Positions 9,500 to 20,056 of a DNA stretch of 64,000 nt are shown in pieces. The DNA is from an uncultured Fidelibacterota bacterium (lineage in GTDB: Bacteria > Fidelibacterota > Marinisomatia > Marinisomatales > Marinisomataceae): the NCBI GenBank assembly GCA_902526795.1, contig CABZMF010000001.1, positions 350,622-414,621 of the forward strand, given 5' to 3'. How positions within the stretch are numbered: the first letter of the stretch is position 1; every line of letters starts with the position of its first letter. The position numbers were made by a program, and so were the translations under genes. The notes beneath the pieces are model-generated. The model was not told the origin of the DNA. It saw nothing but the letters and a program-made list of their open reading frames with translations, and did no database searches.

Positions 9500-12040
9500 A
9501 TGAAAAGTTCACAAATTAGAGAATCGTTTATTAGCTTTTTTGAAAGTAAACGCCATTCACGTGTAACAAGCGCACCAGTTCTTCCTATTGGAGATAAATC
9601 ATTATTATTTACCAATGCAGGAATGAACCAATTTAAATCAATTTTTTTAAATACTGAACAACCTAAACATTTAAGAGTAGTTAACAGTCAAAAATGTATT
9701 AGAGTTAGTGGAAAGCATAATGATTTAGAAGAGGTTGGAAGAGATGGATTTCACCACACTTTTTTTGAAATGCTAGGTAATTGGTCATTTGGTGATTATT
9801 ACAAAAAAGAAGCTATAACTTGGTCTTGGGAACTCTTTACAAAAGTTTGGAAATTAGATAAGTCCAAACTGTGGGTTACTGTTTTCGAAAAGGATAATGA
9901 GGCTTTTGATTTATGGAAAAATCATACAGATATTGATCCAAATCGAATTATTCGTTCTGGTGCCAAGGATAATTTTTGGGAAATGGCTGAAACAGGGCCT
10001 TGTGGTCCATGTTCTGAAATTCATTATTATGTTGGAGATAACCCAGAAGAACAAAAAGCTGAAATGATTAATAACTCCCCAGAATATTGGGAATTATGGA
10101 ACCTAGTTTTCATTCAATTTAATCGTCTAAAAGATGGAACTATGGAGGATTTGCCAAAAAAACATGTAGATACTGGCGCAGGACTTGAAAGAATTTGTTC
10201 AGTACTTCAAAACAAAGATTCCAATTATAAAACAGATTTGTTTTCAAAAACAATTAAAGATTTAGAAAATTTTTCTAGCACTAAATATCAAGATTTTGAA
10301 ATTTCATATAATGTTATTTGTGATCACATAAGAATGCTATCATTTGCAATTGCTGATGGAGTTGTTCCATCAAATGATGGTAGAGGGTATGTTGTTAGAA
10401 GAGTGTTGAGAAGAGGTTCAAAATTTGCTATGAATCTAGAAATTAAAGAACCTATTTTATATAAGTTGGTTGGTTCAGTGGTTTCGACGATGTCTTCCCA
10501 TTATCCTGAGCTAAAAGAAAAACAAAAATACATCGAGCAAACTATTCTTTTGGAAGAGCAGTCATTCTTAAGAACGTTAGAAAATGGAGTTATTCAATTT
10601 GAAAAAATTATACGCAATACATCTAGTACAGAAATACATGGAAAAGATGCATTCAAGCTTTATGATACTTATGGATTTCCACTTGATTTAACTCAGCTTA
10701 TGGCTGAAGAAAGAAAGATGACTGTTGATATACATGGTTTTGATGTTGAAATGAAAAATCAAAAACAATTAGCTAAATCTGGTCAAAAATTTGAAATGGA
10801 GAATCTTGATTTGCAATGGAATTTAGATACTAAAAGCAGTCATTCGATCTTTGTAGGTTATGATAATGAAAGTATTTCTTCAAAAATTATAAATTATGCT
10901 TATAGCGGAGATAAATTAATTATTGTTCTAAAAAATACACCTTTTTTTTCAGAGTCTGGAGGTCAAATTGGTGATACGGGTATAATTAAGAATGATGACT
11001 TCTCAGCTAAAGTTAATGATACTCAAAAAAATGGAGATTATGTTCTACATATATGCACACTTTTAAAAGGATCTATTGGAAAAAATTTTCTTGTAGACTG
11101 TATTATAGATGTTGATAGAAGAAATTATATTAAAATGAATCATACAGCAACTCACTTACTTCATCAATCACTAAAAGAAGTTTTAGGTAATCATATTAAC
11201 CAAGCAGGATCTTTAGTTCATCCAGAATATTTAAGATTTGATATTTCCCACCCAAACAAAATTTCAAAAAAAGAATTAGATGATATTGAGCTCATTGTAA
11301 ACCAAAAAATTGATGAGGATATTGTTGTTGAAACAAGCACTAAGAACTTAGTGGAAGCTAAAAAGGAGGGTGCAACTGCTTTATTTGGTGAAAAATATGG
11401 TGAAAAGGTCAGAGTTGTTACAATGGGCAAATTTTCCAAAGAATTATGTGGCGGAACTCATGTTTTGAACACAGGAAAAATAAAAAAATTTAAAATCAAG
11501 CATGAAAAAGCAATTTCTTCTGGAATTAGAAGAATACATGCCATTACTAATGATTATGTTGATTTGTACTTGAAGGATAAATCTGACGAACTAGGATTGC
11601 TAAAGAAAGCTAAACAAAAAAAAGAAGAAGAAAAGCAAAGTCAATCCATCTTACTTAATAGTGTAGATATTGATTCAATAATCAATAATTCAATAATGGA
11701 TTTTGATGGAATTGATTTATTGTTTAGTAAAGTTGACCTTGGAGTTGCTTCGGATTTGAAGATTTTAAATAAAAAAATTAAAAATAAAGTAAATTCGTCA
11801 ATTATATTTTTGTACACTGAAATTGAAAAAAAAATGACAATTTCAATTGGAATTTCTGAAGATTTAATTGAAAAATCTTTTCATGCTGGAGAATTAGTTA
11901 AATTTCTCGCTTACGAACTCAAAGGTCAAGGTGGCGGAAAAGAAGATTTCGCAATGGCTGGTGGTATATCTTATATACATGCAGGAGATCTTAAGCTTGT
12001 TGTCTTAAAACTTGTTAAAAGATTTTTAGAAAAAAAATGA
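9500..12040 (+). CDS. alaS: Alanine--tRNA ligase
   Basis: LLFTNAGM, HHTFFEMLGN, GPCGPCSE, editing HTATH and ELCGGTH, C-terminal GGG (DHHA1). Confidence 0.98.
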   Translation: MKSSQIRESFISFFESKRHSRVTSAPVLPIGDKSLLFTNAGMNQFKSIFLNTEQPKHLRVVNSQKCIRVSGKHNDLEEVGRDGFHHTFFEMLGNWSFGDYYKKEAITWSWELFTKVWKLDKSKLWVTVFEKDNEAFDLWKNHTDIDPNRIIRSGAKDNFWEMAETGPCGPCSEIHYYVGDNPEEQKAEMINNSPEYWELWNLVFIQFNRLKDGTMEDLPKKHVDTGAGLERICSVLQNKDSNYKTDLFSKTIKDLENFSSTKYQDFEISYNVICDHIRMLSFAIADGVVPSNDGRGYVVRRVLRRGSKFAMNLEIKEPILYKLVGSVVSTMSSHYPELKEKQKYIEQTILLEEQSFLRTLENGVIQFEKIIRNTSSTEIHGKDAFKLYDTYGFPLDLTQLMAEERKMTVDIHGFDVEMKNQKQLAKSGQKFEMENLDLQWNLDTKSSHSIFVGYDNESISSKIINYAYSGDKLIIVLKNTPFFSESGGQIGDTGIIKNDDFSAKVNDTQKNGDYVLHICTLLKGSIGKNFLVDCIIDVDRRNYIKMNHTATHLLHQSLKEVLGNHINQAGSLVHPEYLRFDISHPNKISKKELDDIELIVNQKIDEDIVVETSTKNLVEAKKEGATALFGEKYGEKVRVVTMGKFSKELCGGTHVLNTGKIKKFKIKHEKAISSGIRRIHAITNDYVDLYLKDKSDELGLLKKAKQKKEEEKQSQSILLNSVDIDSIINNSIMDFDGIDLLFSKVDLGVASDLKILNKKIKNKVNSSIIFLYTEIEKKMTISIGISEDLIEKSFHAGELVKFLAYELKGQGGGKEDFAMAGGISYIHAGDLKLVVLKLVKRFLEKK

Positions 12041-12051
12041 GGATTCCTTGA

Positions 12052-12498
12052 ATGGTTGAAACTAATAAAATAAATAATTTTCTTAATTCCTGGATAAATG
12101 GAATAATTCAAATAGGTAAAGTCTTTTTGGAAAATAAAGATTATAAAGAAAGCGCCAAAAAATTCATTGAATCACACTACGCGTTTGATAGTGAATCAGT
12201 ATTATTCAAGCCGACATTTACAAAAGAGGTTATTTTCAGAAATTCTAAAGATATGGCTTTATCATATTTTATCGGAGGAAGTATAGACGAAGATCATGGA
12301 TTTGCTTTAAAACCATGGAAGAACATATCAATTGACGAGCTAAATATTTTAGAAGAAAACAAACTATTAATTGCAATGGGTATTCTTAAGCTTAAGCCTG
12401 TCAATGCAGATAAGATTACTTCAGTTGCATTTACTTTCGTCTTCACTGAAACAAATAGTGGTTTAAAAATAAAAGTTCATCATTCATCTCCGATCTAA
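12052..12498 (+). CDS. COG4337-like NTF2/SnoaL-fold protein, candidate iota-class carbonic anhydrase
   Basis: VLFKPT, FR...ALSYFIGG, EDxGFALKPW and C-terminal HHSS motif. Confidence 0.75.
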   Translation: MVETNKINNFLNSWINGIIQIGKVFLENKDYKESAKKFIESHYAFDSESVLFKPTFTKEVIFRNSKDMALSYFIGGSIDEDHGFALKPWKNISIDELNILEENKLLIAMGILKLKPVNADKITSVAFTFVFTETNSGLKIKVHHSSPI

Positions 12499-12516
12499 CC
12501 AATTAAAGGAGTTATT

Positions 12517-12879
12517 ATGCAAAAATTAAAATCACCAAACCCAGTTGGACCGTATTCAATGTTTAGAGAATTGCCTTCAGGAGGTTGGATAACTTCAGGT
12601 CAAATTCCAATTGATCCTGAAACGGGCAATCTGAATAATAAAAGTGTAAAGGATGAGGTTGTACAAGTGTTTGATAACCTTGAAGCTGTTTTGTTGGAAA
12701 ATGGAAAATCTTTTCATGATGTAAAGAAATTTTTAGTTTTTTTAACAGATTTAACAATAACTCCTTTGGTAAATACAGAAATTAAAAAAAGATTAAAAGA
12801 GCCATTTCCTGCAAGATCAACGATTCAAGTCGTAGGTTTACCAATGGGTGCAAATGTTGAAGTAGAATGTTTGGGATAA
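12517..12879 (+). CDS. ridA: RidA/YjgF family imine deaminase
   Basis: GPYS, SGQIP, FPARS, LPxGAxVExE. Confidence 0.9.
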   Translation: MQKLKSPNPVGPYSMFRELPSGGWITSGQIPIDPETGNLNNKSVKDEVVQVFDNLEAVLLENGKSFHDVKKFLVFLTDLTITPLVNTEIKKRLKEPFPARSTIQVVGLPMGANVEVECLG

Positions 12880-13304
12880 TAAAAAATATTTTTATTTTTG
12901 TTGTCTTTATATCTTTAATATTTGCACAACAAAAGATGGATTTTAGGACTGAAGATGAGCGAGCAAAGAATCCAAATATTGCACTAAAAAAATCTCTAAT
13001 TTTCCCTGGAGTAGGTCAATTGTATAATGATCAAAAAATTAAGGGATATACATTAATTGCAGCTGAGCTTTTTTCTCTATATAATTTTAATGAGAATAGA
13101 AAAAAATATAAAGATTTCAATGAAAGTTATGGAAAATCTCAAGATTATTATTTAAGAGAGAGAAATCGTTTTGCTTGGATAGCAATTGGATTGTATTTTT
13201 ATGGAATTCTAGATTCTGTTGTTGAAGCACATTTAGATGATTTTGATAAAATAGTAAGAGAAAATGACCCATTATTAGATACGGGAGATATTGATGGAGA
13301 ATAA
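12867..13304 (+). CDS. DUF5683-like membrane protein
   Basis: KxPxxAxxxSLIxPGxGQLYN, D.xVxAHL motif. Confidence 0.7.
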   Translation: MFGIIKNIFIFVVFISLIFAQQKMDFRTEDERAKNPNIALKKSLIFPGVGQLYNDQKIKGYTLIAAELFSLYNFNENRKKYKDFNESYGKSQDYYLRERNRFAWIAIGLYFYGILDSVVEAHLDDFDKIVRENDPLLDTGDIDGE

Positions 13305-14692
13305 TAGAGAGCAATGGAGTTCAAAAGCTAGTTTTATTTTGGCAGCTGCTGGATCAGCAGTTGGTCTTGGAAATATTTGGAAGTTTCCATACATAGCTGG
13401 TGAAAACGGTGGCGCAGCATTTCTTTTTATATATTTGATATGCATAATTGTAATTGGTTTGCCAATTCTTAATATTGAAATTTTATTAGGAAGAGCTACT
13501 AAAAAGAATCCTGTAGGTGCATTTACAGCTCTTACTAAAAATACATTTTGGAAATACGTTGGTGCCTTAGGAGTTTTAGCCAGTTTTACTATACTTTCTT
13601 TTTACAGTGTTGTTGGAGGGTGGTCAATCGCTTATACTTATGAAGCTTTGGTTGGAACTTTTGGTACCGCTGCATTTGAAAATCCTTCGACAGCTGGAGA
13701 ATTTTTTAATTTAAAAAATAGTAACCCTCTTTGGGTACTAGGTTATCACACATTATTTTTTGTCCATTGTTGTATATATTCTTTTATCTGGAGTAAGAGC
13801 TGGTCTTGAAAAAGCAAGTAAATTCCTTATGCCAATTCTAATATTAATTTTAATGATATTAGTTGTTCAAGGGCTAGTACTTCCAGATGCTAATAAGGGT
13901 GTTTCTTTTCTTTTTCAACCTGACTGGACAAAAATTGATGGACAAACGATTTTATTGGCTTTGGGACACGCATTTTTTACTCTAAGTTTAGGAATGGGAG
14001 CAATGATGACTTACGGAAGTTATTTATCTGACAAAGATGATATTGTAAATGCATCCTATTTGGTTGCATTTTTAGATACAGTTATAGCTATTTTTGCAGG
14101 AGTTGCTATCTTTACTGTAGTTTTTTCATCAGGATATGATCCCACTGCAGGTCCTGGATTAGTATTTCATGTATTGCCTCCACTTTTATCAAATTTAGTG
14201 GGAGGATATATCTTTGCACTTCTTTTCTTTTTACTTCTTTCAATTGCAGCAATAACATCTGGAATTTCGATTCTTGAAGTAAGTGTTGCTTATTTAGTTG
14301 ATGAAAAGAATTTTTCAAGAAAGAAATCTGTTTTAATTATGGCTTCTCTTGTTTATATAGCGGCAATTCCTTGCGCTCTTTCTTTTAATATATTATCAGA
14401 TTTTACATTTGATATTCAAGGCAAACCATTTACTTTTTTTGATATTGCAGATTATTTAGCTTCAAATATACTACTGCCTTTTGGAGGATTCTTTTTAGCA
14501 GTCTTTGCTGGATATGTATGGGGTATTGATGAAGTAATAAGAAATCTGTTAATAGGAGAATCAAATTCGATTTATTTTGGTAATAGTATAGTTAAATCAA
14601 ATCTCTTTAAAGCTCTCTTTAGCTTTACTATAAAATATGTATGTCCGGTACTTATTTTCTTTGTATTTTTATATTCAATTGGTTGGATTTAA
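13291..14692 (+). pseudogene. Sodium-dependent transporter (NSS/SNF family) split by a 1-nt frameshift at T6 run 13756-13761 (true pseudogene or sequencing error)
   Basis: N half has GSAVGLGNIWKFPY..GENGG; C half has GLEK, FFTLSLGMG.M.TYGSY, GPGLVF; removing one T fuses the halves. Confidence 0.8.
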
Positions 14693-14697
14693 TTTAA

Positions 14698-15456
14698 ATG
14701 ATTAAACGGCTTTTTCCTCAAGATTCAAAACAATTCAATACTTTAAAAAGTTTTTTTAGTTCATTTAAAAAAGATTCCATTGATAGAATAGAAATGTTTT
14801 TTCCTATGTGGTGCATGCTTGCTTTTCAACACTATTTAGTTAAATCTTTTGAAATAGGAATCTTTAATTCATTAAATATTACGATAAATAAGAATTATTT
14901 GTTTTCATTTATGATGGAAGACTTGATTGGTATATTTAATATTACTTTTCATACAGTATTATTTTTATGGTTAATGAACAGGTTTAATTTTTTTGGTTTT
15001 TTTAGAACAGTTAAATCTGATCTTCAAATAAACTTTTTATTATTTCTAGTAACATTTGCTTTATTTGATACTTTATTGTTTGGAAAAATGATGTTCGGAT
15101 TTTTTTTAATTAATGTTGTATTATATATTATTTATAGGTCAAATAGCATTTTAACTCAATCACTATCATTGATATTAGTGATTATTGCATTATTATTTTC
15201 AATTAATTTTAATGAGCCTATAGTAGCTACAAGTTGTGCGATTTATCTTCCTTTTTTAATCTCTTCTTTAATTTTCAAATCAAAAAATTTAATAGTTTAT
15301 TCTCAAAAATTTCTACCACTGATTATTTTTATTTTCATTTCTACAAAAGAACTATGGTTTGGATTTATTGGGCTCTCATATTTTCTATTTTTTAATATGT
15401 ATCATTATTTTGTTTTCAAAAAAAAGTATGACTTTCTAAGACTTGATTTAACTTAA
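14698..15456 (+). CDS. Hypothetical polytopic membrane protein
   Basis: 252-aa Phe/Ile/Leu-rich ORF filling the operon gap. Confidence 0.7.
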   Translation: MIKRLFPQDSKQFNTLKSFFSSFKKDSIDRIEMFFPMWCMLAFQHYLVKSFEIGIFNSLNITINKNYLFSFMMEDLIGIFNITFHTVLFLWLMNRFNFFGFFRTVKSDLQINFLLFLVTFALFDTLLFGKMMFGFFLINVVLYIIYRSNSILTQSLSLILVIIALLFSINFNEPIVATSCAIYLPFLISSLIFKSKNLIVYSQKFLPLIIFIFISTKELWFGFIGLSYFLFFNMYHYFVFKKKYDFLRLDLT

Positions 15457-15497
15457 TATTCTACTGGTTTTTTTTATCTTTTTTATTAAATTGTCCA

Positions 15498-15587
15498 ATG
15501 TTGACCTTAATAAAAACTTTTTATTCTAAAAAGTTGGTTACACAAACCATTCCACTTCTTGCGTCCGGAGATAAATATGTCAAATAA
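15498..15587 (+). CDS. Candidate 29-aa upstream ORF (MLTLIKTFYSKKLVTQTIPLLASGDKYVK) overlapping the guaB start
   Basis: ATG 5 nt after TAAATT (15487-15492); open to TAA 15585-15587. Confidence 0.3.
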   Translation: MLTLIKTFYSKKLVTQTIPLLASGDKYVK

Positions 15588-17040
15588 TATTGAAAAGAAA
15601 TTAACATTTGATGATGTCTTGTTAGTTCCAAGAAAATCATCTGTTTTACCAAAAGAAGTAGATTGTGCTACTAAGCTTACCAAAAATATTACACTAAATA
15701 TTCCTATTATGAGTGCTGCCATGGATACTGTAACAGAATCAGATATGGCTATTGCTTTGGCTAGACAAGGTGGAATAGGAGTTATTCATAAAAATCTAAG
15801 TATAGAAGATCAGGCTTTAATGGTTGACAAAGTTAAAAGATATGAAAGTGGTATGATTAGAAATCCTATAACTTTGGATGACCAAAAGACGGTTAGAGAT
15901 GCAAAACAGCTTATGGATCAATACTCCATTGGAGGGTTGCCAGTTCTATCAAAAGGAAAGCTAGTTGGGATTATAACAAAAAGAGATATTAGATTTGAGT
16001 CAAATCTAAATACTCTTGTAAAAGATCGAATGACGTCAAAAAATCTCATTACAGTTAATTCAGACACAAGCAATGAAGATGCTAAAAAAATTCTTCAAAA
16101 ACATAGAATTGAAAGACTGTTGGTTGTAGATAAGCAGAATAATCTTGATGGTTTAATAACTGTTAAAGATTTAACAAAAAAAGAAGAATTTCCCTTATCA
16201 ACTAAAGATAAAAATGGAAGATTAAGAGTTGCAGCTGCAATAAGTGTTCGAGAAGACTGGAAAGATAGAATCAAAGCTCTTATTAAAGTTGGTGTTGATG
16301 CAATTGTAATAGATACTGCTCATGGACATTCTCAATTTGTTCTTAATTTAGTAAAAAAAATAAAAAAAGAATTTCCTTCAATAGACTTAATTGCTGGAAA
16401 TGTCGCTACTGCTGAAGCAACAGAAGATTTAATAAAGTCTGGTGCTGATTGTGTAAAAATTGGAATTGGTGCAGGATCAAGTTGCACAACTAGAATAATT
16501 GCTGGTGTAGGAGTTCCTCAATTATCTGCGGTCATGGATTGCGCACAGGTTGGAATAAAGCATAATACTCCAATCATTGCAGATGGAGGAATTAGGTACA
16601 GTGGTGATATTGCCAAATCATTAGCTGCTGGTGCAAATGTTGTAATGCTGGGAGGTATGTTGGCTGGGATGGATGAGAGCCCAGGTGAGACTATTGTGTA
16701 TGAAGGTAGAAGATATAAGTCATATAGGGGTATGGGTTCATTAGCTGCTATGAAAGAAGGTGGTGGAGAAAGATATTTTCAACAAGAAAAAGATGAGCTT
16801 AAGTTAGTACCAGAAGGAATTGAAGGAATGGTTCCTTTTAGAGGTCCAGTTAACAACACAATCTTTCAATTAATTGGAGGACTTAAATCTTCAATGGGTT
16901 ATTGTGGTGCAAAGGATTTAAAATCTTTCTTCAAGCATAAAAAATTCATAGAAATTTCAGCAGCTGGAATTAAGGAAAGTCATCCACATGAGGTAAGTAT
17001 TATAAAAGAAGCACCCAATTATCAGGGTCATGATAAATAA
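15577..17040 (+). CDS. guaB: IMP dehydrogenase (start moved to ATG 15577 after GGAG)
   Basis: LTFDDVLL, CBS pair, DTAHG, GIGAGSSCTTR catalytic Cys, YRGMGS. Confidence 0.98.
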   Translation: MSNNIEKKLTFDDVLLVPRKSSVLPKEVDCATKLTKNITLNIPIMSAAMDTVTESDMAIALARQGGIGVIHKNLSIEDQALMVDKVKRYESGMIRNPITLDDQKTVRDAKQLMDQYSIGGLPVLSKGKLVGIITKRDIRFESNLNTLVKDRMTSKNLITVNSDTSNEDAKKILQKHRIERLLVVDKQNNLDGLITVKDLTKKEEFPLSTKDKNGRLRVAAAISVREDWKDRIKALIKVGVDAIVIDTAHGHSQFVLNLVKKIKKEFPSIDLIAGNVATAEATEDLIKSGADCVKIGIGAGSSCTTRIIAGVGVPQLSAVMDCAQVGIKHNTPIIADGGIRYSGDIAKSLAAGANVVMLGGMLAGMDESPGETIVYEGRRYKSYRGMGSLAAMKEGGGERYFQQEKDELKLVPEGIEGMVPFRGPVNNTIFQLIGGLKSSMGYCGAKDLKSFFKHKKFIEISAAGIKESHPHEVSIIKEAPNYQGHDK

Positions 17041-17044
17041 CTAA

Positions 17045-17299
17045 CTACTTTAAAGTATTTAAATGATTAGTAATCTTTGATTTTTGTCTGGCTGCATTAT
17101 TTTTATGAATTAGGTTTTTGCTAGCCATTTTATCTATAAAAGAAACTGCACTCGAATAATGTTCATCAGCAGATTTTTTAGAATCGGCCGCTAATACACT
17201 TTTAATAAGTGTACGCATTTTAGACCTGTTTTGAGAATTAATTTCTCTTCTCTTTAAGTCTTGTCTATCTCTTTTTATTTGCTGTTTGTGTCTATCCAT
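17045..17299 (-). CDS. rpsT: 30S ribosomal protein S20
   Basis: KR.RQ...R...N...RSKMRTxIK and IHKNxAARxKS motifs. Confidence 0.93.
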   Translation of the reverse strand: MDRHKQQIKRDRQDLKRREINSQNRSKMRTLIKSVLAADSKKSADEHYSSAVSFIDKMASKNLIHKNNAARQKSKITNHLNTLK

Positions 17300-17391
17300 A
17301 AAATTCGTTTGCAACTTATTCTATTAAGAATTAGATGTCAATAATTTTCTAATTTGATTATGGTTTTAAGTTTTATCTTTTAAATTATGCT

Positions 17392-18333
17392 ATGTCGACA
17401 AAAAAATTAAAAGAAATAGTAGGCAAGGCTAAAAAAAATGATTTCATTTCAATTTCAGAGCTTATGACCGGAATTGAAAACAATATTTTCACAAGAAAAG
17501 AGGTTTCTGAGCATATTTTTAAGGAATCTCATGAATCTTTAAAAATTGGTATTACTGGTCCTCCAGGAGCTGGAAAAAGCTCTTTAATGAATAAGCTTAT
17601 CCCTTTAATTAGAAAAGAAAATTTATCTGTCGGTGTGATTGCAATAGATCCTTCAAGTCCTATCACTGGTGGATCATTTTTGGGCGACAGAGTAAGAATT
17701 AATAACGCTGTTAATGATGACAATGTATTTGTTAGAAGTATGGGATCTAGGGCAGAATTGGGTGGAGTAACTGAGCTTGCTGAAGACTTTAGTGATATTT
17801 TAGCTTTTAGTGGTAAAGAAATAATTTTTATTGAAACAGTTGGAGTTGGCCAATCAGAATATAGTGTTTCAGAAATAACAGACTTAACTACACTTGTCTT
17901 TGTTCCTGAATCTGGAGATGAAATTCAGCTTTTAAAAGCTGGAATATTAGAATTAGCAGATATATTTATTGTAAATAAGTCAGATAGGAAAGATTCAAAT
18001 TTATTGGTTAAATCAATTAATAATATTTTATCTTCAACTAAGAATAATACAAAAAAAATTCCAATTTTTAAAACTAGCTGTAAGACAGGTGAAGGTATAG
18101 AAGAATTTGCAATTTCAATTGTTTCATATTTTAAATCTATGCATGAAAATAAAAATATTCAAAAAAAGCAAATTTTAAGATATAATAGAAGGATAAAATC
18201 TATTATTGAAAAAGATATTTTGAATAAATTTTGGAACAATCAAAGATTAACTCAACTTGAGGACATAAATAATTCCTCCATAAAGACAAAATCTCCATAT
18301 GTACTTGTAGATGAAATAAAGGGTAAAAAATGA
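17392..18333 (+). CDS. meaB: MeaB/ArgK methylmalonyl-CoA mutase-associated GTPase
   Basis: GITGPPGAGKSS, DPSSPxxGGSxLGDRxR, ETVGVGQSE, NKSD. Confidence 0.92.
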   Translation: MSTKKLKEIVGKAKKNDFISISELMTGIENNIFTRKEVSEHIFKESHESLKIGITGPPGAGKSSLMNKLIPLIRKENLSVGVIAIDPSSPITGGSFLGDRVRINNAVNDDNVFVRSMGSRAELGGVTELAEDFSDILAFSGKEIIFIETVGVGQSEYSVSEITDLTTLVFVPESGDEIQLLKAGILELADIFIVNKSDRKDSNLLVKSINNILSSTKNNTKKIPIFKTSCKTGEGIEEFAISIVSYFKSMHENKNIQKKQILRYNRRIKSIIEKDILNKFWNNQRLTQLEDINNSSIKTKSPYVLVDEIKGKK

Positions 18334-19058
18334 GCAACAAGGATATGTCTTTATTTGATCATCTTGAAGAGTTAAGATGGAGAATCTTAAAATCTTTAGC
18401 TTCAATAATTATTATGTCTATTTTAACTTTTAATTTTGCTAATTATCTCGTTGAAATATTAATAAAGCCTGCTACACAAATTAATTCTGATTTAAACCTT
18501 CAAGTTTTGACAATTCAAGGCATGTTCCTTTTAAAATGGAATTTGTCTATAATTTGTGGAATTATCCTTTCACTTCCAGTAATAACAGTTCAAGTATGGA
18601 AATTTTTGTCTCCTGGTTTATATAATAAAGAAAAAAAAATACTAGTTCCATTAATTCTAACAGCGTTTATTTGTTTTATATTAGGAGGAGTTTTTTCGTA
18701 CAAAGTAATTTTACCATTCTCTTTAGATTTTTTTGCATCAATGATAACAGCAGATATTCAAAATAATTTTTCAATAAATTATTATTTTAGTTTTGTCTTA
18801 ACATTAATGATTGGGGCAGGGTTGATATTTGAGTTACCAGTTGCATCGTTCTTATTTTCTTCTATTGGCATAATAAATCCTGAATTTTTAAGAACTTATC
18901 GAAGAGAAGCAATTGCTGTGACAATTATTTTATCAGCTATAATAACGCCTCCTGATCCAATAAGTTTAATTATTATGTCAATTCCAATCTTAGTTTTATA
19001 TGAGATAAGTATTGCAGTCTCCTGGTTTGCTAATAAATTATTTGATAATGAAATATGA
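18330..19058 (+). CDS. tatC: Twin-arginine translocase subunit TatC
   Basis: MSLFDHLEELRxR, FxxPGL, FELP, AIITPPD. Confidence 0.96.
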   Translation: MSNKDMSLFDHLEELRWRILKSLASIIIMSILTFNFANYLVEILIKPATQINSDLNLQVLTIQGMFLLKWNLSIICGIILSLPVITVQVWKFLSPGLYNKEKKILVPLILTAFICFILGGVFSYKVILPFSLDFFASMITADIQNNFSINYYFSFVLTLMIGAGLIFELPVASFLFSSIGIINPEFLRTYRREAIAVTIILSAIITPPDPISLIIMSIPILVLYEISIAVSWFANKLFDNEI

Positions 19059-20056
19059 AAAAAATTCTAATTATTAGAATGAGCTCAATTGGTGATATTG
19101 TCCTTGCGACCTCATTTTTAAAATCAGTTAAACAAAGATATCCAGATGAGGAAATACATTTTCTTATAAAAAAAGAGTTCTCTGAATTAGTTAAAAATCA
19201 TCCTTCGATTGATAAATTGATTTCATTTGATAAAAAATTGGGATTAAAAGAGCTCTTTAGGATGGGAAAATTTCTAAGAAATAATAACTACGACATAATC
19301 TATGATATTCACAGCGTCTTTAGAACTAGAATACTTTCACTTTTTTTAAGAAAAAATCTATTTAAACAAATTAAAAAACCTAGATTGAGGAGATTTCTTC
19401 TTTTTTACGGATATCAAAATTTTTTTGAGAAAAGTTTTAGTCACATAAAGATGTATCATACTTTGTTAAATCAAGATAAAACTTTTCCTCCAACAAACTT
19501 ATTTATTGAAGAAAAAGAAAAAAAAGAAACCAAAAAATTTTTGGCAAAAAATAATATTGGTGATAATTATATAGCAGTTGTTCCTGGGGCTGCCTGGAGC
19601 CAGAAGCAGTGGTCAATAGATAATTATAATAATCTGATGACCAGATTGATAGAGTCTTTCAATTCAAAGATTGTCATATTAGGTGCAACAAATGACATTA
19701 TTTGTGATCAAATTATCAAAGATGATAGAATAGTCAACTTAAAAGATAAAACATCACTTAGAATGGCGATGGGTATAGTTAAGTATGCTCAACACACTTT
19801 GGGAAGTGATACAGGACTTCTACATATTTCCGAAGCAATGGGAACCCCAGTTACTATGATTTTAGGACCAACTTCTAGTGAAACAGGTGCAAGAGTAACA
19901 CTTAGTAACTCCAAAGTAATTGAAAATAAAGATTTATGGTGCAGACCATGCTCGCAAAATGGAAGTAGACCGTGTTATAGAAAAGAACAATATTGTATGT
20001 CAGAAATTAATAGTGAAAAAGTTTTTGATAATGTTAGTAAGGCTTTAAGAAAATGA
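19055..20056 (+). CDS. Glycosyltransferase family 9 (ADP-heptose:LPS heptosyltransferase-like)
   Basis: KILIIRxSSIGD, PGAxxxxKxW, DTGLLH, CxPC. Confidence 0.92.
   Translation: MKKILIIRMSSIGDIVLATSFLKSVKQRYPDEEIHFLIKKEFSELVKNHPSIDKLISFDKKLGLKELFRMGKFLRNNNYDIIYDIHSVFRTRILSLFLRKNLFKQIKKPRLRRFLLFYGYQNFFEKSFSHIKMYHTLLNQDKTFPPTNLFIEEKEKKETKKFLAKNNIGDNYIAVVPGAAWSQKQWSIDNYNNLMTRLIESFNSKIVILGATNDIICDQIIKDDRIVNLKDKTSLRMAMGIVKYAQHTLGSDTGLLHISEAMGTPVTMILGPTSSETGARVTLSNSKVIENKDLWCRPCSQNGSRPCYRKEQYCMSEINSEKVFDNVSKALRK

Noticed and set aside
15457-15576. Purine or other known riboswitch upstream of guaB
   Set aside because: No recognisable aptamer consensus or expression-platform hairpin by eye; an Infernal/Rfam scan would be needed to exclude it
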